Assembly (NCBI GenBank): GCA_016218365.1
Contig: JACREF010000011.1
Location: forward strand, 9,094 to 73,093
DNA from: Gammaproteobacteria bacterium
GTDB taxonomy: Bacteria; Pseudomonadota; Gammaproteobacteria; SZUA-140
Reading direction: 5' to 3'
Length of the DNA stretch: 64,000 bases
The first letter of the stretch is position 1, and the number at the start of each line of letters is the position of its first letter. A program made the translations under genes and the position numbers. Below, piece after piece: positions 1 to 10,768 of this stretch. The notes under the pieces are model-generated. The model saw only the letters and a program-made list of their open reading frames with translations, searched no databases and was not told the origin of the DNA.

Positions 1-812
1 AGGCGCATGGCTATGACAGGCCATTGTTGATCAATCTGCAGGCGCGGGGCATGGATACCGTCACCGAGACGGTGTTCTTTGACAAATCACTGCGGTTGTT
101 TGCCTTTCAGTTTGGCCAGTCGGACAGCGGGCGTGATATCGGCTATGAGATCGGTCAGCGGATGATGCCGAGCCTGGCGGTGGCGATCCCGGTGTTTGTC
201 ATCGGCCTGCTGGTGAATATCACCGTCGCGATGCTGCTGGTGTTCTTTCGCGCCAGTTATCTCGATATCGGTGGTGTCGTGCTGCTGGTGGTGCTGATGT
301 CGATCTCCAGCCTGTTTTATATCATTGGCGGCCAGTATCTGGTCGGCAAGCTGTTTCAGCTGGTGCCGATCTCGGGCTTTGCCGACGGGGTCAGCGGCTG
401 GCGCTTCATCATGCTGCCGGTGGCGATCGGTGTCGTCAGCGGGCTGGGGTCCGGGGCGCGCTGGTACCGGACGATCTTTCTGGAAGAGGGCGGCAAGGAT
501 TATGTGCGGACCGCGCGGGCCAAGGGACTGTCCGAGCTGTCGGTATTATTCAAACACGTCTTACGCAATGCGCTGATCCCGATCCTGACCGGGGCGGTGG
601 TGGTGCTGCCGCTGCTGTTCATGGGCAGCCTGATCCTGGAGTCGTTCTTCGGCATCCCGGGGCTCGGCAGTTATGTCATCGATGCGATCAATGCCCAGGA
701 CTTCTCCATTGTCCGCGCGATGGTGTTTCTGGGTTCGGTGCTGTATATCGTAGGCCTGGTGCTGACGGATATCTCCTACACCCTGGCTGACCCAAGGATC
801 CGCCTGACATGA
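1..812 (+). CDS. yejB: ABC transporter permease, YejB/DppB-like (5'-truncated by window edge)
   Basis: Hydrophobic multi-TM protein with the ABC permease EAA-like loop; 4-nt overlap with the next permease gene, followed by a double-ATPase gene (yejBEF arrangement). Confidence 0.75.
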   Translation, partial: AHGYDRPLLINLQARGMDTVTETVFFDKSLRLFAFQFGQSDSGRDIGYEIGQRMMPSLAVAIPVFVIGLLVNITVAMLLVFFRASYLDIGGVVLLVVLMSISSLFYIIGGQYLVGKLFQLVPISGFADGVSGWRFIMLPVAIGVVSGLGSGARWYRTIFLEEGGKDYVRTARAKGLSELSVLFKHVLRNALIPILTGAVVVLPLLFMGSLILESFFGIPGLGSYVIDAINAQDFSIVRAMVFLGSVLYIVGLVLTDISYTLADPRIRLT

Positions 813-2296
813 AGGCGCTGATGATCCCTCTGTTTATCCTGTTGACCACCGTGGCGATCAGTCTAGGGGTGACTGGCCTGTTTGATGTACGGCCGGTGCT
901 GTTGTGGACCGACGCGCTGATCATGTTGCTGTTGCTGGTGCTGGTATTCTTCATCGTCCAGGTCCGGGCCTCGGCAGAACGTCGCGCGACGTGGCGGCAG
1001 GTGCTGCGCAGCCGCATCGGCATGGCAACGGCGGTGATCCTCAGCTGTTATGTGCTGGTGGCCGCACTTGATTCGGTGCACTTTCGTCCGGCGGCACAGG
1101 ATGCAGCCGGCACGGCGCAGCGCAGCGGATTCTATTCGATGGAGGTGATCAGTGTGCTGGACCTGTTGATCATGCCCTTGCATGACCAGATGGAGAAGAG
1201 CTACTCGGCCCCTTTTGCCACCCGTTTGTACAGCAAGGAGGTGGTGGTGATGGCAGACGGCAGCCAGCAGCGGCTCTATCCTCGCCTGCAATACGGCGGC
1301 GCGCATCTGGCAGATCATGAAGAACGGCGCGGCACGGACATCGCCTGGCGGGTAGCACAAGGGGCAGTGGCCGGAACGGTGCTGGCAGTGCTGCTGTGTG
1401 GTGCCGGAGTGCTGCTGGTGGCGCGCCGGGCCGGCATCTTGCCGGGTCAGTTATCGGGGGTGTTGTGCGGACGTGGCGGGCATCTGCCCTGGCATGTGAT
1501 GATGCTGACGCTGTCAGTCATCATCGTGTTGATTGCAGTGGCCTTCATGCTGGCCTCCGGTTATCACATCTTTGGTACCGACAAGGTCGGGCAGGATGTA
1601 TTCTATCAGTCATTGAAAAGCATACGCACGGCGCTGGCGATCGGTACACTGACCACCTTGATCATGTTGCCGTTTGCGCTGGCACTGGGGCTGATGGCAG
1701 GGTATTTCCGCGGCTGGATCGATGACGTGATTCAGTATCTGTATACCACGCTGAATTCGATCCCTGGCGTGTTGTTGATCGCGGCGGCGGTACTGATGTT
1801 GCAGGTCTTCATGGCGGGACATCCCGAGATGTTCGAGACCGACGCGGCCCGTGCCGATATGCGCCTGTTGTTTTTATGCATGATCCTCGGCATTACCAGC
1901 TGGACCGGCTTGTGCCGGCTGCTGCGCGGTGAGACGCTGAAGGTACGGGAGTTCGATTATGTCCAGGCCGCAACATCGTTCGGGGTTGGTCATCTGCAGA
2001 TTATCACCCGGCATGTGATGCCGAATGTGATGCATATCGTGCTGATCTCGGTGGTGCTGGATTTCAGCGGCCTGGTACTGGCCGAGGCGATCCTGTCCTA
2101 TGTCGGGGTCGGGGTCGATCCGTCGATGTTCAGCTGGGGCAACATGATCAATGGTGCGCGGCTCGAACTGGCCCGTGAACCTGTAGTATGGTGGTCATTG
2201 CTGGCGGCCTTTTCCTTCATGTTCGTGCTGGTGCTGGCAGCCAATCTGTTTTCTGATGTAATACGCGATGCCTTTGATCCAAAGATGCGCGGCTAA
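809..2296 (+). CDS. yejE: ABC transporter permease, YejE/DppC-like, with long N-terminal extension (495 aa)
   Basis: Multi-TM permease; C-terminal half is typical DppC-type; start overlaps the yejB stop (ATGA). Confidence 0.75.
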   Translation: MKALMIPLFILLTTVAISLGVTGLFDVRPVLLWTDALIMLLLLVLVFFIVQVRASAERRATWRQVLRSRIGMATAVILSCYVLVAALDSVHFRPAAQDAAGTAQRSGFYSMEVISVLDLLIMPLHDQMEKSYSAPFATRLYSKEVVVMADGSQQRLYPRLQYGGAHLADHEERRGTDIAWRVAQGAVAGTVLAVLLCGAGVLLVARRAGILPGQLSGVLCGRGGHLPWHVMMLTLSVIIVLIAVAFMLASGYHIFGTDKVGQDVFYQSLKSIRTALAIGTLTTLIMLPFALALGLMAGYFRGWIDDVIQYLYTTLNSIPGVLLIAAAVLMLQVFMAGHPEMFETDAARADMRLLFLCMILGITSWTGLCRLLRGETLKVREFDYVQAATSFGVGHLQIITRHVMPNVMHIVLISVVLDFSGLVLAEAILSYVGVGVDPSMFSWGNMINGARLELAREPVVWWSLLAAFSFMFVLVLAANLFSDVIRDAFDPKMRG

Positions 2297-2313
2297 CGTT
2301 CCGGGGTGACGAG

Positions 2314-4347
2314 TTGATGAATGATTTGGTGCTGAAGGTCGAGGGTCTGACCACCTGTTTTGACACCGCTTCCGGCAGTTTGTATGCGGTGGACGGGGTC
2401 GGCTTCGAGATCTGCCGTGGCGAGACGCTGGCGCTGCTCGGCGAGTCCGGTTGTGGAAAATCGCTGACCGCCTTTTCGCTGATGAGGTTGTTGCCAACGC
2501 GCCAGGCGCGGATCGCGGCAGGACGGGTGGTGCTGGGGGGCGATGACCTGCTGGCCTTGCCGGAGCTCAGGATGCGGGATATCCGCGGCAACCGGATGGC
2601 GATGATCTTCCAGGAGCCGATGACCTCGTTGAATCCGGTCATGACAGTCGGTGAGCAGATTGCCGAAGCGGTGGTTCGGCACGGCAAGCTGCGGGGACGT
2701 GCACTCGCATCCAGGGTCATCGAGTTGCTGGATGCGGTCGGGATACCCGATGCCGCGCAGCGCAGTAACGAATATCCGCACATGCTGTCTGGAGGCATGA
2801 AGCAGCGCATCATGATCGCGATGGCGCTGGCAGGCGAGCCTGATCTGCTGATTGCCGATGAGCCAACAACGGCGCTGGATGTGACGATCCAGGCCCAGGT
2901 GCTGGAGTTGATGCGTGATCTGCAACGCAGCAAGGGCATGGCCATCCTGCTGATCACCCATGACCTGGGTGTCGTGGCGGAGATGGCGGACCGGGTGGCG
3001 GTCATGTATGCCGGGCAGATCGTCGAGCAGGCAGAGAGCCGGGATTTCTTTGCCAGTCCCTGCCATCCGTACAGTCGCAAGCTGTTTGATTCATTGCCGA
3101 CGATCGCCAAACGTCATCAGCCTTTGGCCATCATCAAGGGCAATGTGCCACCGTTGACCGCCGCCGGATACAGTGGCTGCCGTTTTGCCACGCGCTGTGA
3201 TATGGCCAAGGCGTTGTGTGAGGGGGAGATACCGCAGTTGCAGGACGCCGGGCCGGGCCGGGCCGTGCGTTGTTTTGCCTACGATGATCGCTATCGCGGC
3301 CAATGGGGCGATGGTGCATCTGCGATAATCCCTGCTGCAGCTGCCCGGCCGCAGCAGCAGGAGAGCGGCGCAGACGGTGGTCTGCTCGCTGTGCGGGATT
3401 TGAAGGTGTATTTCAAGATCCAGAAGGGGCTGTTCAAGCGGACCGTCGGCCATATCAAGGCGGTGGACGGGGTGTCGATCTCCATCGGCCGCGGCCGCAC
3501 GCTGGCCCTGGTCGGCGAATCAGGCTGTGGCAAGACCACCGTGGCCAAGGCCATCCTGCAGTTACAGCGTCCTACCTCGGGGTCAGTATTGTTTAATGAC
3601 GTAGAACTGACGACCTTGGGTGGTGAGGCCTTGCGGCGCTCGCGGGCTGATTTTCAGATCATCTTCCAGGATCCGTATTCTTCGATGAATCCACGGATGC
3701 TGGTGGGTGATATCATCCAGGAAGGCATGATCGCCCTGGGTGTTGAACCCGATCCGAAGCGGCGCGCACTCAAGGTTGACGAATTGTTACAGCAGGTGGG
3801 CCTGCCGCCGGAGGCAAAGGGCCGCTATCCACATGAGTTTTCCGGCGGTCAGCGCCAGCGTGTCTGTATTGCCCGGGCGCTGGCGGTCAACCCCAAGCTG
3901 ATCATCTGCGATGAACCGACCAGTGCGCTGGATATCTCGGTGCAGGCGCAGATCCTGAATCTGCTGCAGCAGCTGCAACGTACCACCGGGGTGTCCTATC
4001 TGTTCATCACCCACAATCTTTCGGTCGTCGCCTATCTGGCGGACGAGGTGGCGGTCATGTATCTGGGCAGGATCGTCGAGCAGGGTAGGGTGTCTGATGT
4101 ATTAACTGCGCCGCGGCATCCCTACACCCAGGCGCTGATTTCAGCCATCCCGGTGATCGATGCCGGGACGCGACGCGAGACCATTCGTCTGGAAGGTGAT
4201 CTGCCATCTCCGGCCAATCCGCCCACCGGTTGTCACTTTCATGTGCGCTGCCCACAGGCACGGCCAGAATGCAGCCTGCAGTATCCGGAGGCTGCCATAC
4301 TGGAAGATGGCCGGATGGTACGCTGTGTGCTGTATCCGCGTCGCTGA
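2314..4347 (+). CDS. yejF: ABC transporter ATP-binding protein with two fused ATPase domains (YejF-like)
   Basis: Two Walker A motifs (GESGCGKS and GESGCGKT), two [13 protein letters not shown] signature motifs and two Walker B/D-loops; 677 aa. Confidence 0.85.
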   Translation: MMNDLVLKVEGLTTCFDTASGSLYAVDGVGFEICRGETLALLGESGCGKSLTAFSLMRLLPTRQARIAAGRVVLGGDDLLALPELRMRDIRGNRMAMIFQEPMTSLNPVMTVGEQIAEAVVRHGKLRGRALASRVIELLDAVGIPDAAQRSNEYPHMLSGGMKQRIMIAMALAGEPDLLIADEPTTALDVTIQAQVLELMRDLQRSKGMAILLITHDLGVVAEMADRVAVMYAGQIVEQAESRDFFASPCHPYSRKLFDSLPTIAKRHQPLAIIKGNVPPLTAAGYSGCRFATRCDMAKALCEGEIPQLQDAGPGRAVRCFAYDDRYRGQWGDGASAIIPAAAARPQQQESGADGGLLAVRDLKVYFKIQKGLFKRTVGHIKAVDGVSISIGRGRTLALVGESGCGKTTVAKAILQLQRPTSGSVLFNDVELTTLGGEALRRSRADFQIIFQDPYSSMNPRMLVGDIIQEGMIALGVEPDPKRRALKVDELLQQVGLPPEAKGRYPHEFSGGQRQRVCIARALAVNPKLIICDEPTSALDISVQAQILNLLQQLQRTTGVSYLFITHNLSVVAYLADEVAVMYLGRIVEQGRVSDVLTAPRHPYTQALISAIPVIDAGTRRETIRLEGDLPSPANPPTGCHFHVRCPQARPECSLQYPEAAILEDGRMVRCVLYPRR

Positions 4348-4359
4348 GGATCAAACAAC

Positions 4360-4388
4360 ATCTGGCGCAGCACCATGCTGCGCCAGAT
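4360..4388. terminator. Perfect 13-bp-stem hairpin between convergent yejF and the small minus-strand ORF
   Basis: atctggcgcagcaccatgctgcgccagat inverted repeat immediately after the yejF stop; no strong U-run. Confidence 0.35.
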
Positions 4389-4403
4389 TTCAGGGTGGTA
4401 GGA

Positions 4404-4634
4404 TCAGGGCTGGTTGGCGGCCTCGGAGTATTCGCCGTCCTCGTCAATATCAAAAAACGTCAGGTGATCTCTGAGCCTTCTCTTTTCCAGATACTTGTCC
4501 AGGGCCTTGCGGGAATTACGGTGCACCGGACGGGTGACTACTGCTTCCTGTTCTTCAATAAAGACCTCAACGTTGCTGTTATTGAGCGGCGTGAGCCCGC
4601 TGTCGTCATGATGGATGTCGGTCGTTTTTCCCAT
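4404..4634 (-). CDS. Small acidic protein, PA3496-family-like (hypothetical)
   Basis: 76 aa; acidic ends and central basic helix (SRKALDKYLEKRRLRDHL...FFDIDEDGEY) reminiscent of the PA3496 small-protein family. Assigned from memory only. Confidence 0.3.
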   Translation of the reverse strand: MGKTTDIHHDDSGLTPLNNSNVEVFIEEQEAVVTRPVHRNSRKALDKYLEKRRLRDHLTFFDIDEDGEYSEAANQP

Positions 4635-4785
4635 GGTGCCCCCCGATGAATTCTTCTGTGTATGGTATCGGCCCTACCCCCACAATCTATGCAGGGCCAG
4701 GTTTTGTTTCTGTGATTAACTTCACATATATGCAACTTGCTGGCCGATATGCTGGAATTGCACGAATATTCAACGGGGTGGGACG

Positions 4786-5286
4786 ATGAAGGAACATGTG
4801 ATTCATATCGACTGGTCAGGGCCTTATACGCGGCGCAAGATGGAGCGGTTCAAGAATAAGGAAGATATTGGTATTTACCAGGTCTATGGCAAACACCAGG
4901 TCTATGGCGACGATGTCCTGCTATATATAGGTGCGGCGCGTGGCCAGGCCTTTTTCCAGTCCATCAAGGCAGAAGGCTGGAATTACGAACGCAGCACCGG
5001 CAAGGGCACCTTCTTCTGTCTGGGCCGGTTGCGTGTCGACGAGGCGGCCTCACCATCCCATATTGACCGGGAGATCCTGCTGGCAGAGAAGCTGCTGGTG
5101 TTCGCCCATATGCCGGTTTACAACTCTTGCAGGATCATGATGGTCCCGGACAAGCGGTTACGTTACCTGCACGTACAAAACTGGGGGCAGTACGCATCGA
5201 TGATGCCCGAGGTGTCCGGGGCGCGTTGGGTGTCGGCCTATGATGCGGCCCATGGCAGTGGCGAGCCCAGCTATGATAGCCACTGA
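4786..5286 (+). CDS. Hypothetical protein with GIY-YIG-like motif
   Basis: IGIYQVYGKHQVYGDDVLLYIGAARGQ: GIY...YIG spacing, then conserved-looking R, E (REILLAEK) and N (YNS). AT-rich upstream region 4650-4785. Confidence 0.4.
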   Translation: MKEHVIHIDWSGPYTRRKMERFKNKEDIGIYQVYGKHQVYGDDVLLYIGAARGQAFFQSIKAEGWNYERSTGKGTFFCLGRLRVDEAASPSHIDREILLAEKLLVFAHMPVYNSCRIMMVPDKRLRYLHVQNWGQYASMMPEVSGARWVSAYDAAHGSGEPSYDSH

Positions 5287-5387
5287 TCCGGTTACGGTCG
5301 CCGACTCCCGATTATTTATTTTCAGCCGCCCGGGGTTCCGGTATAATCGCGCGACAACGTCGGCAGTTATTCGGGATAGCCAATATC

Positions 5388-6638
5388 ATGAGTTGCATCA
5401 CTGATGAAAAGTTTGCAGTAGCCTATTACACCAGCAACAGAAAGACCGGTTCGATATCGATAGTTGATTTTGCTGGTGGCAAGCACACGGTGACCCGGTT
5501 GCCGGTGGCGGCCGAGACTGGCCTGGCCAAGGAGCTGAAGCCGCTGCTGGTCGGGCTGACCGAGTCGCGCCAGGTGATCCTGCTTGACCCCAAGACCAAG
5601 AAGATCCAGATCCAGCCGGCGTTGCCTGCCGACGCCTTTCCGGCGCACATCTACACCGATAGCCAATCCGGTCGTGACTGGTTCATGAACGACGGGGACA
5701 AGGAGACCGGTAACGATGTGCTGAACTGCGGCGACAAGGGTTCATCGGTAACCATCATCGAAAATACTGCCAGCAACTCGGCCCGCTATCTGCAAACGCT
5801 GTGTGTTGGTCGCGGACACCATCAGGCAAATTTCAGCTATCCGTCGCCGCAGGCCCCGGCGGTTCCACGTCAGGCCTATATCAGCAATCTGAAGGACGGC
5901 ACGTTGTCGGTCATCGGTAATGATCCGGCCCGGGCCTCTGATTACCTGCAGGTGCTGGCGACGATCAATCTCGCCGAGATCGAACGCGAGGAAGGCATGA
6001 CAGCACCGGCGGTGCCCAATAATTCTTTTCCACACGGACTGGTGTATTCGCAGGTTTCCGGCAAGGTCTATAACCTGAACAACGGCTATGGCACCGTGGC
6101 GGTCATCGATCCGCACACCCACCAGATCGAGCAGCGCCTGGGGTTCAAGGGCCACAGCAACCTGCTGATTACACCGGACGGCCGCTTCATCATCGGTCGT
6201 GGCGCCGACCGTAAATCGGATCCGGCCCATGTGCTGGCGAATCTGACTGTCATGGATGCCGCTATGCTGGCTGTTGTCGACAAGCAGCTGCTGAAGGATA
6301 TCTATATCAGCAAATATTTCTTCAATGCCGAGGGTAGCAAGTTGTATCTGACGACCGGTGTCTCCGGTAGCGATGAGCAGGTTGCAAACATCAAGGGCGA
6401 TGCCTTGCTGGTGTTCGATCTGACGGGGCTGCCGACGCTGCGCCTGAAAAAGGAGCTGCGTCTTGGCGCATCGTCAGGTTCCATTGATTTTCTGGTTCGC
6501 GATGGCAAGACCCGGCTGGTGCTTTCATCCAATTCCGAGCTGGGAACGCTGACGGTCATTGATGCAGTCAGTGATGAGATCCTGGAAACCGTCCATGTTG
6601 GTGACAGCGCCAGTCATTCGCGGGTCTGGGTGCTGTAA
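5388..6638 (+). CDS. YVTN-family beta-propeller repeat protein (no obvious signal peptide)
   Basis: Recurrent G-x-V-x-V-ID / LxxxG...DG beta-strand repeats typical of 7-bladed YVTN propellers; TATAAT-containing promoter candidate at ~5315-5350. Confidence 0.55.
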   Translation: MSCITDEKFAVAYYTSNRKTGSISIVDFAGGKHTVTRLPVAAETGLAKELKPLLVGLTESRQVILLDPKTKKIQIQPALPADAFPAHIYTDSQSGRDWFMNDGDKETGNDVLNCGDKGSSVTIIENTASNSARYLQTLCVGRGHHQANFSYPSPQAPAVPRQAYISNLKDGTLSVIGNDPARASDYLQVLATINLAEIEREEGMTAPAVPNNSFPHGLVYSQVSGKVYNLNNGYGTVAVIDPHTHQIEQRLGFKGHSNLLITPDGRFIIGRGADRKSDPAHVLANLTVMDAAMLAVVDKQLLKDIYISKYFFNAEGSKLYLTTGVSGSDEQVANIKGDALLVFDLTGLPTLRLKKELRLGASSGSIDFLVRDGKTRLVLSSNSELGTLTVIDAVSDEILETVHVGDSASHSRVWVL

Positions 6639-6957
6639 CTGCTGCAGGATGATGGGCCTGATATGTCTGTGATGTTGATGGCTGAGTCCCTATAAAAATA
6701 GTTGAACCCACTGCTGTAAGCGCGCAGCGGCCGTCTTGACTGCCCGGCGTGGCTATCCTCATTCCAAACCACCCTATAACCGCCGGGCCATCGCGGTGCT
6801 GGTATGTAAATTCCCTATTTTCCAGCTTGTTATTATGCCCTATAGGCCAAGCAGGCTGGTCGATGAGCAACAGTTCTATAAAATAATTACTTGTACTGCC
6901 GAAATATATCCCAGAGGTTAGTCGTAACGTTTCGATTCATTCCATAGGCAGGGGTAT

Positions 6958-8565
6958 ATGACTATAAAACAACGATTTGGGGTGTTGAGCGCCTCCCTGA
7001 CCGCGGTCGTGATTATTTCGACTGTCATGATGTTATGGGGAAATAGTGCGATTCGTACCCAATCAGTCGAAATTGATCAGCGTTATGTCCCGATGTTGAA
7101 GAAGGCCCATGAGCTCAAGCTGGCGGTGGTGCAGGTCCAGCAGTGGTTGACCGACATCAGCGCCACCCGCGGCCTGGATGGCTTGGCGGATGGTTATGAT
7201 GAGGCCGAGGCCAACGCCAAGAAGTTTTCCAGCCTGATTGCTGAACTCAAGCAGCTTGATCCGGAAAATGTTGATAAGTATCAGGCGATGATCCCGGTAT
7301 TTGATGCCTATTATACAACCGGCAAGAAGATGGCGGCTGCCTACATCGAGTATGGGCCGGCTGGCGGTAACAAGATGATGGCCGAATTTGATACTGCCGC
7401 GGCGGCGATGTCTGAACAGGTGGAAGCATTCGTTACCGACACGGAATCGAGGGTCACGGCGGTGACTGCGCAGCAGACAGCTGGGACGATACGTAATCTG
7501 CTGGTATTGCTGTCGGGCTTCATCCTGGTTATCGGCGGGGTACTGGTGGTGTATCTGATTATGTCCCGTACCCTGGCCCAGCTGCCGGTAGTGGTTACGT
7601 CCCTGCAGAAGGTCGCTCACGGGGATTTGAGGGAGATTGAACGGACCGGCAATGGTCTGCGCAATGATGAGATCGGTGATCTGTATCATGCCATGCATGA
7701 CATGGGGGCAAAGCTGCGCAATGCGCTCGCAGGGGTGACGGAGTCATCAAAGAATCTGACCGTATCATCGGAGGAAATGGCTGATTTTGTCAAAGAGACG
7801 CGGCAATCGATCTCTCATCACGAGATTGAGGTGGCTCAGGTAGCAACCGCTATGACCGAGATGTCGGCCAGTGCCCGCGAGGTAGCGAATAATGCTGGGC
7901 AGGCGGCGACCTCGGCCCACGACGCAAACAGCGAGGCAAAGCAGGGTATGGGTCTATTACAGGATTCTGTCGACGCTGTGTCAAAACTTGCTGACAGTAT
8001 CCGTGATTCGTCAACGGCGATCCAAGCCTTGGCAAAGGAGAGTCAGGATATCGGCAGGATCCTGGAGGTGATCCAGGGGATCGCCGATCAAACCAATTTG
8101 CTAGCGCTGAATGCGGCGATTGAGGCAGCTCGGGCCGGCGAGCAGGGGCGGGGCTTTGCTGTGGTCGCAGATGAGGTGCGTACATTGGCGTCCCGGACCC
8201 AGGAGTCTACGCATGAAATCCAGCAGATGATTGCACGGTTGCAGCAGGGTGCCGGGACTGCGGCCAAGGACATGAGCCAGAGTTGTGAACATACCAATCT
8301 GACGGTTACCAAGTCACAAGAGGCCTATGAGAAGCTGAAGCTAATAGAGCAGGCAATTAGCCAGATCACAAACATGAACAACCAGATAGCTGCAGCCTCG
8401 GGTGAGCAGAGCAGTGTCGCCGAAGAGGTCTCACGCAACATCAATAACATCAGCAGGGTTGCAAATGAAACAGCCGAAGGTGCGAGGAATATGGAAAAAT
8501 CAACGGATCAGGTAGCCAAGATGGCTGTCAAGTTGCATGAGGTCGTATCACAGTTCAAGGTGTGA
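6958..8565 (+). CDS. Methyl-accepting chemotaxis protein
   Basis: N-terminal TM, periplasmic region, second TM, HAMP, then the highly conserved MCP signalling domain ([21 protein letters not shown]...[31 protein letters not shown]). Confidence 0.9.
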   Translation: MTIKQRFGVLSASLTAVVIISTVMMLWGNSAIRTQSVEIDQRYVPMLKKAHELKLAVVQVQQWLTDISATRGLDGLADGYDEAEANAKKFSSLIAELKQLDPENVDKYQAMIPVFDAYYTTGKKMAAAYIEYGPAGGNKMMAEFDTAAAAMSEQVEAFVTDTESRVTAVTAQQTAGTIRNLLVLLSGFILVIGGVLVVYLIMSRTLAQLPVVVTSLQKVAHGDLREIERTGNGLRNDEIGDLYHAMHDMGAKLRNALAGVTESSKNLTVSSEEMADFVKETRQSISHHEIEVAQVATAMTEMSASAREVANNAGQAATSAHDANSEAKQGMGLLQDSVDAVSKLADSIRDSSTAIQALAKESQDIGRILEVIQGIADQTNLLALNAAIEAARAGEQGRGFAVVADEVRTLASRTQESTHEIQQMIARLQQGAGTAAKDMSQSCEHTNLTVTKSQEAYEKLKLIEQAISQITNMNNQIAAASGEQSSVAEEVSRNINNISRVANETAEGARNMEKSTDQVAKMAVKLHEVVSQFKV

Positions 8566-8585
8566 CAAGGTATCTGTGTTTGTAA

Positions 8586-8619
8586 GCAAAAAGACCAGCC
8601 TGTGGGCTGGTCTTTTTGC
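8586..8619. terminator. Bidirectional intrinsic terminator between convergent MCP and mshN
   Basis: gcAAAAAGACCAGCC-tgtg-GGCTGGTCTTTTTgc: 13-bp perfect stem flanked by A-run and T-run on both sides. Confidence 0.6.
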
Positions 8620-8657
8620 TTAGTGAGATCATGGTGAGCAGAAACCGTAAATGTCAG

Positions 8658-9797
8658 TTAATCAGGTTTCTCGGTGAGCTTGGTTTCGACCAGTGCCTTG
8701 CGTTGTGTTGCATAGCTGGAAAGATTTTGCTCCAGCCCGTTTGCCAGGGCACTGTCATAGGCACGCAGGGCATTTCCCCAGTTTTTCGTGGCCTCCAGTG
8801 AGATGGCTTTCCCCAGCCACCATTTTCCTTCCAGCGGCTTTTTATACAGCGCCTTGGCGTAGGCCTGAATCGCCTCCTTATGCTGGGAGTTTCTCTGATA
8901 GGCGGTGGCCAGCAGCGCCAGGTAGTCGGCGTTCCTCGGGGCATAGTGGAGGTTTTTCTCAAGAATGAGCACTGCATTGGCAATCTGATTTCTCTCCATC
9001 AGGACGCGCGCCAGTAACTGGCAGTAACTGGTGTTTTCTGGGGCGATTGCCATGCCATCAGACAGGATTTCCTGCGCCATCTGCAGCTGTTGCTGATTGA
9101 TAAGCAAGGTCGCCAACTGGTGACGCGCCAGGTGATGTTCTGGCATGGACAGCAGCGCCTGGCGTAATTTTATTTCAGCCTCCGTTGGCCGCTCCTGATC
9201 CAGCAGCTGCAGCGCAGTTTGATAATGCTGTTCTGCAAGCTCACGCGGGGTTGGGGTGTGTCTGACGATGATTACCGGTTCATTATGTGTTTTGGCGGAA
9301 TGGACTGTATTGTTAACAGCCGGTGGCTGGCGATGGGGCGGCGATTCCATTATTGGCTGTTCGCCAGCGCTGCTCTGGGTAGACGCAGCAGCGCCGAGGC
9401 CGGCTGCTATCGGATTCATTGCGAGCACATTCTCCGCAGGTTTTTCCGCGAGTGGTGTCTCAGTGACAACGGCGGCGATTGCTGGCTGCGGGTCTGCTAC
9501 AGAACGTGCGGCGAGTGTTGGTGGCCGGGCTGTAACCGCAACGGGCGGGGTGGATGACGAGAGAGGGCGCTGCTGCGACAGGCCATCAATCAGCTCCAGG
9601 ATATGGTCGCGGGCGCCATAGCCTGCAGCAAGCAGGCCAGCCACGATGGCGAGATTCAGCAGTGTAGGTCTGGAAGGGCGACGCGATCCTGGTAACGGGG
9701 CGGTCGCCACCAGTCTTGGACCCGGTGTCGACAGTGTCTGTCCCTGTTCGGGATGGCGCTGATCCAGCTCCAGCAGCATCTGATTGATCAGGCTCAT
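8658..9797 (-). CDS. mshN: MSHA biogenesis protein MshN-like (TPR repeats, proline-rich middle, one TM)
   Basis: Start moved to the internal ATG (MSLINQMLLELDQRH...), 2 nt after the mshM stop; C-terminal TPR repeats; last gene of the mshIJKLMN block. Confidence 0.65.
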   Translation of the reverse strand: MSLINQMLLELDQRHPEQGQTLSTPGPRLVATAPLPGSRRPSRPTLLNLAIVAGLLAAGYGARDHILELIDGLSQQRPLSSSTPPVAVTARPPTLAARSVADPQPAIAAVVTETPLAEKPAENVLAMNPIAAGLGAAASTQSSAGEQPIMESPPHRQPPAVNNTVHSAKTHNEPVIIVRHTPTPRELAEQHYQTALQLLDQERPTEAEIKLRQALLSMPEHHLARHQLATLLINQQQLQMAQEILSDGMAIAPENTSYCQLLARVLMERNQIANAVLILEKNLHYAPRNADYLALLATAYQRNSQHKEAIQAYAKALYKKPLEGKWWLGKAISLEATKNWGNALRAYDSALANGLEQNLSSYATQRKALVETKLTEKPD

Positions 9798-9799
9798 GT

Positions 9800-10759
9800 C
9801 TATCCTCCGATCAGCGCCGAGCCGGTGGCCAGCAATAGTAATGAAGTGGTGATAACCGAGGCAATGATCAAAAAACGGTATCGTGGTGGCCTTTCCTTGT
9901 GGATGGCGCATTCAGTGTCGGCGATGGCGCGTTTCATGTGCATCCTGGTGATCCGGGTGTCACCCTTGCCATAGGCGCTCATCAGTGACTTGTGAGCGAG
10001 GATATTGACCAGGCGCTGCGTGCCACCACTGGCCCGATAAAGCAGACCCAGTGCCGGCGTGGTGAATGGAGACGGACCCTGGTAGCCGGCGATCTGTAAG
10101 CGATGCATGACATAACTGTCCAGTTCGACCTTGTGCAGCGGTTTCAGTTCGTAGGAGAAGCCAATGCGCTGTTTCAACTGACGGATCAATGGCTGGTCAA
10201 GTCTTTTATCAAGCTCAGGCTGGCCAAACAATACGATCTGGATCAGTTTGCGCTGCTGGGTCTCGAGGTTGCTGAGCATGCGCAGCACATCCAGTGTCTC
10301 GATAGGCATCGCATGGGCCTCGTCAAAGCACAGGACGATGGTATGCCGACGCTGGGCATAGGTGTCGATGATGAACTTGTTGAGTTTCTTCAGCAGTTGG
10401 TGTTGATGGACATTTTCCGGGTAGTCGATGCCGAATTCATCAGCGATGGCTGTCAGCAGTGTCAGTGGCTCAAGATAAGGGTTTGGAATATAGGCGACCA
10501 GGTAGCGGCCGCGCAGGGTATTGATCAGCATGCGGCACAGCAGGGTCTTGCCGGTGCCGATCTCGCCTGTGATCTTGATGAAGCCCTCGCCACTGTGCAG
10601 GGCGATCAGCAGTGTATTAAGCGCGATGCTGTAAGAATTATGTTGATAGATAAATTTTGTATTGGGGGTCAGCGAGAACGGGTGTTCGCGCAGACCGAAG
10701 TGCCGTGAATACAGCCAGGTCTGGTCATGCGCGCTTATCGAGTTATCTGGCTGAAGCAT
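9800..10759 (-). CDS. mshM: MSHA biogenesis protein MshM (ExeA/GspA-like AAA ATPase)
   Basis: Walker A GEIGTGKT; ExeA-family layout; position between secretin and TPR protein. Confidence 0.8.
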   Translation of the reverse strand: MLQPDNSISAHDQTWLYSRHFGLREHPFSLTPNTKFIYQHNSYSIALNTLLIALHSGEGFIKITGEIGTGKTLLCRMLINTLRGRYLVAYIPNPYLEPLTLLTAIADEFGIDYPENVHQHQLLKKLNKFIIDTYAQRRHTIVLCFDEAHAMPIETLDVLRMLSNLETQQRKLIQIVLFGQPELDKRLDQPLIRQLKQRIGFSYELKPLHKVELDSYVMHRLQIAGYQGPSPFTTPALGLLYRASGGTQRLVNILAHKSLMSAYGKGDTRITRMHMKRAIADTECAIHKERPPRYRFLIIASVITTSLLLLATGSALIGG

Positions 10760-10768
10760 GGTTCTTGT

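Noticed and set aside
863-3110. Long antisense ORFs opposite yejE/yejF (e.g. 863-1360 -, 2217-3110 -, 2293-3066 -)
   Set aside because: High-GC shadow ORFs: Pro/Arg/Ala-rich, no motifs, and they fully overlap well-supported genes on the other strand.
6640-6957. Short ORF 6736-6921 and repeated CCCTATA motifs in the MCP upstream region
   Set aside because: ORF has no RBS or motif. The repeats are short (7 nt) and could be chance in an AT-rich promoter region.
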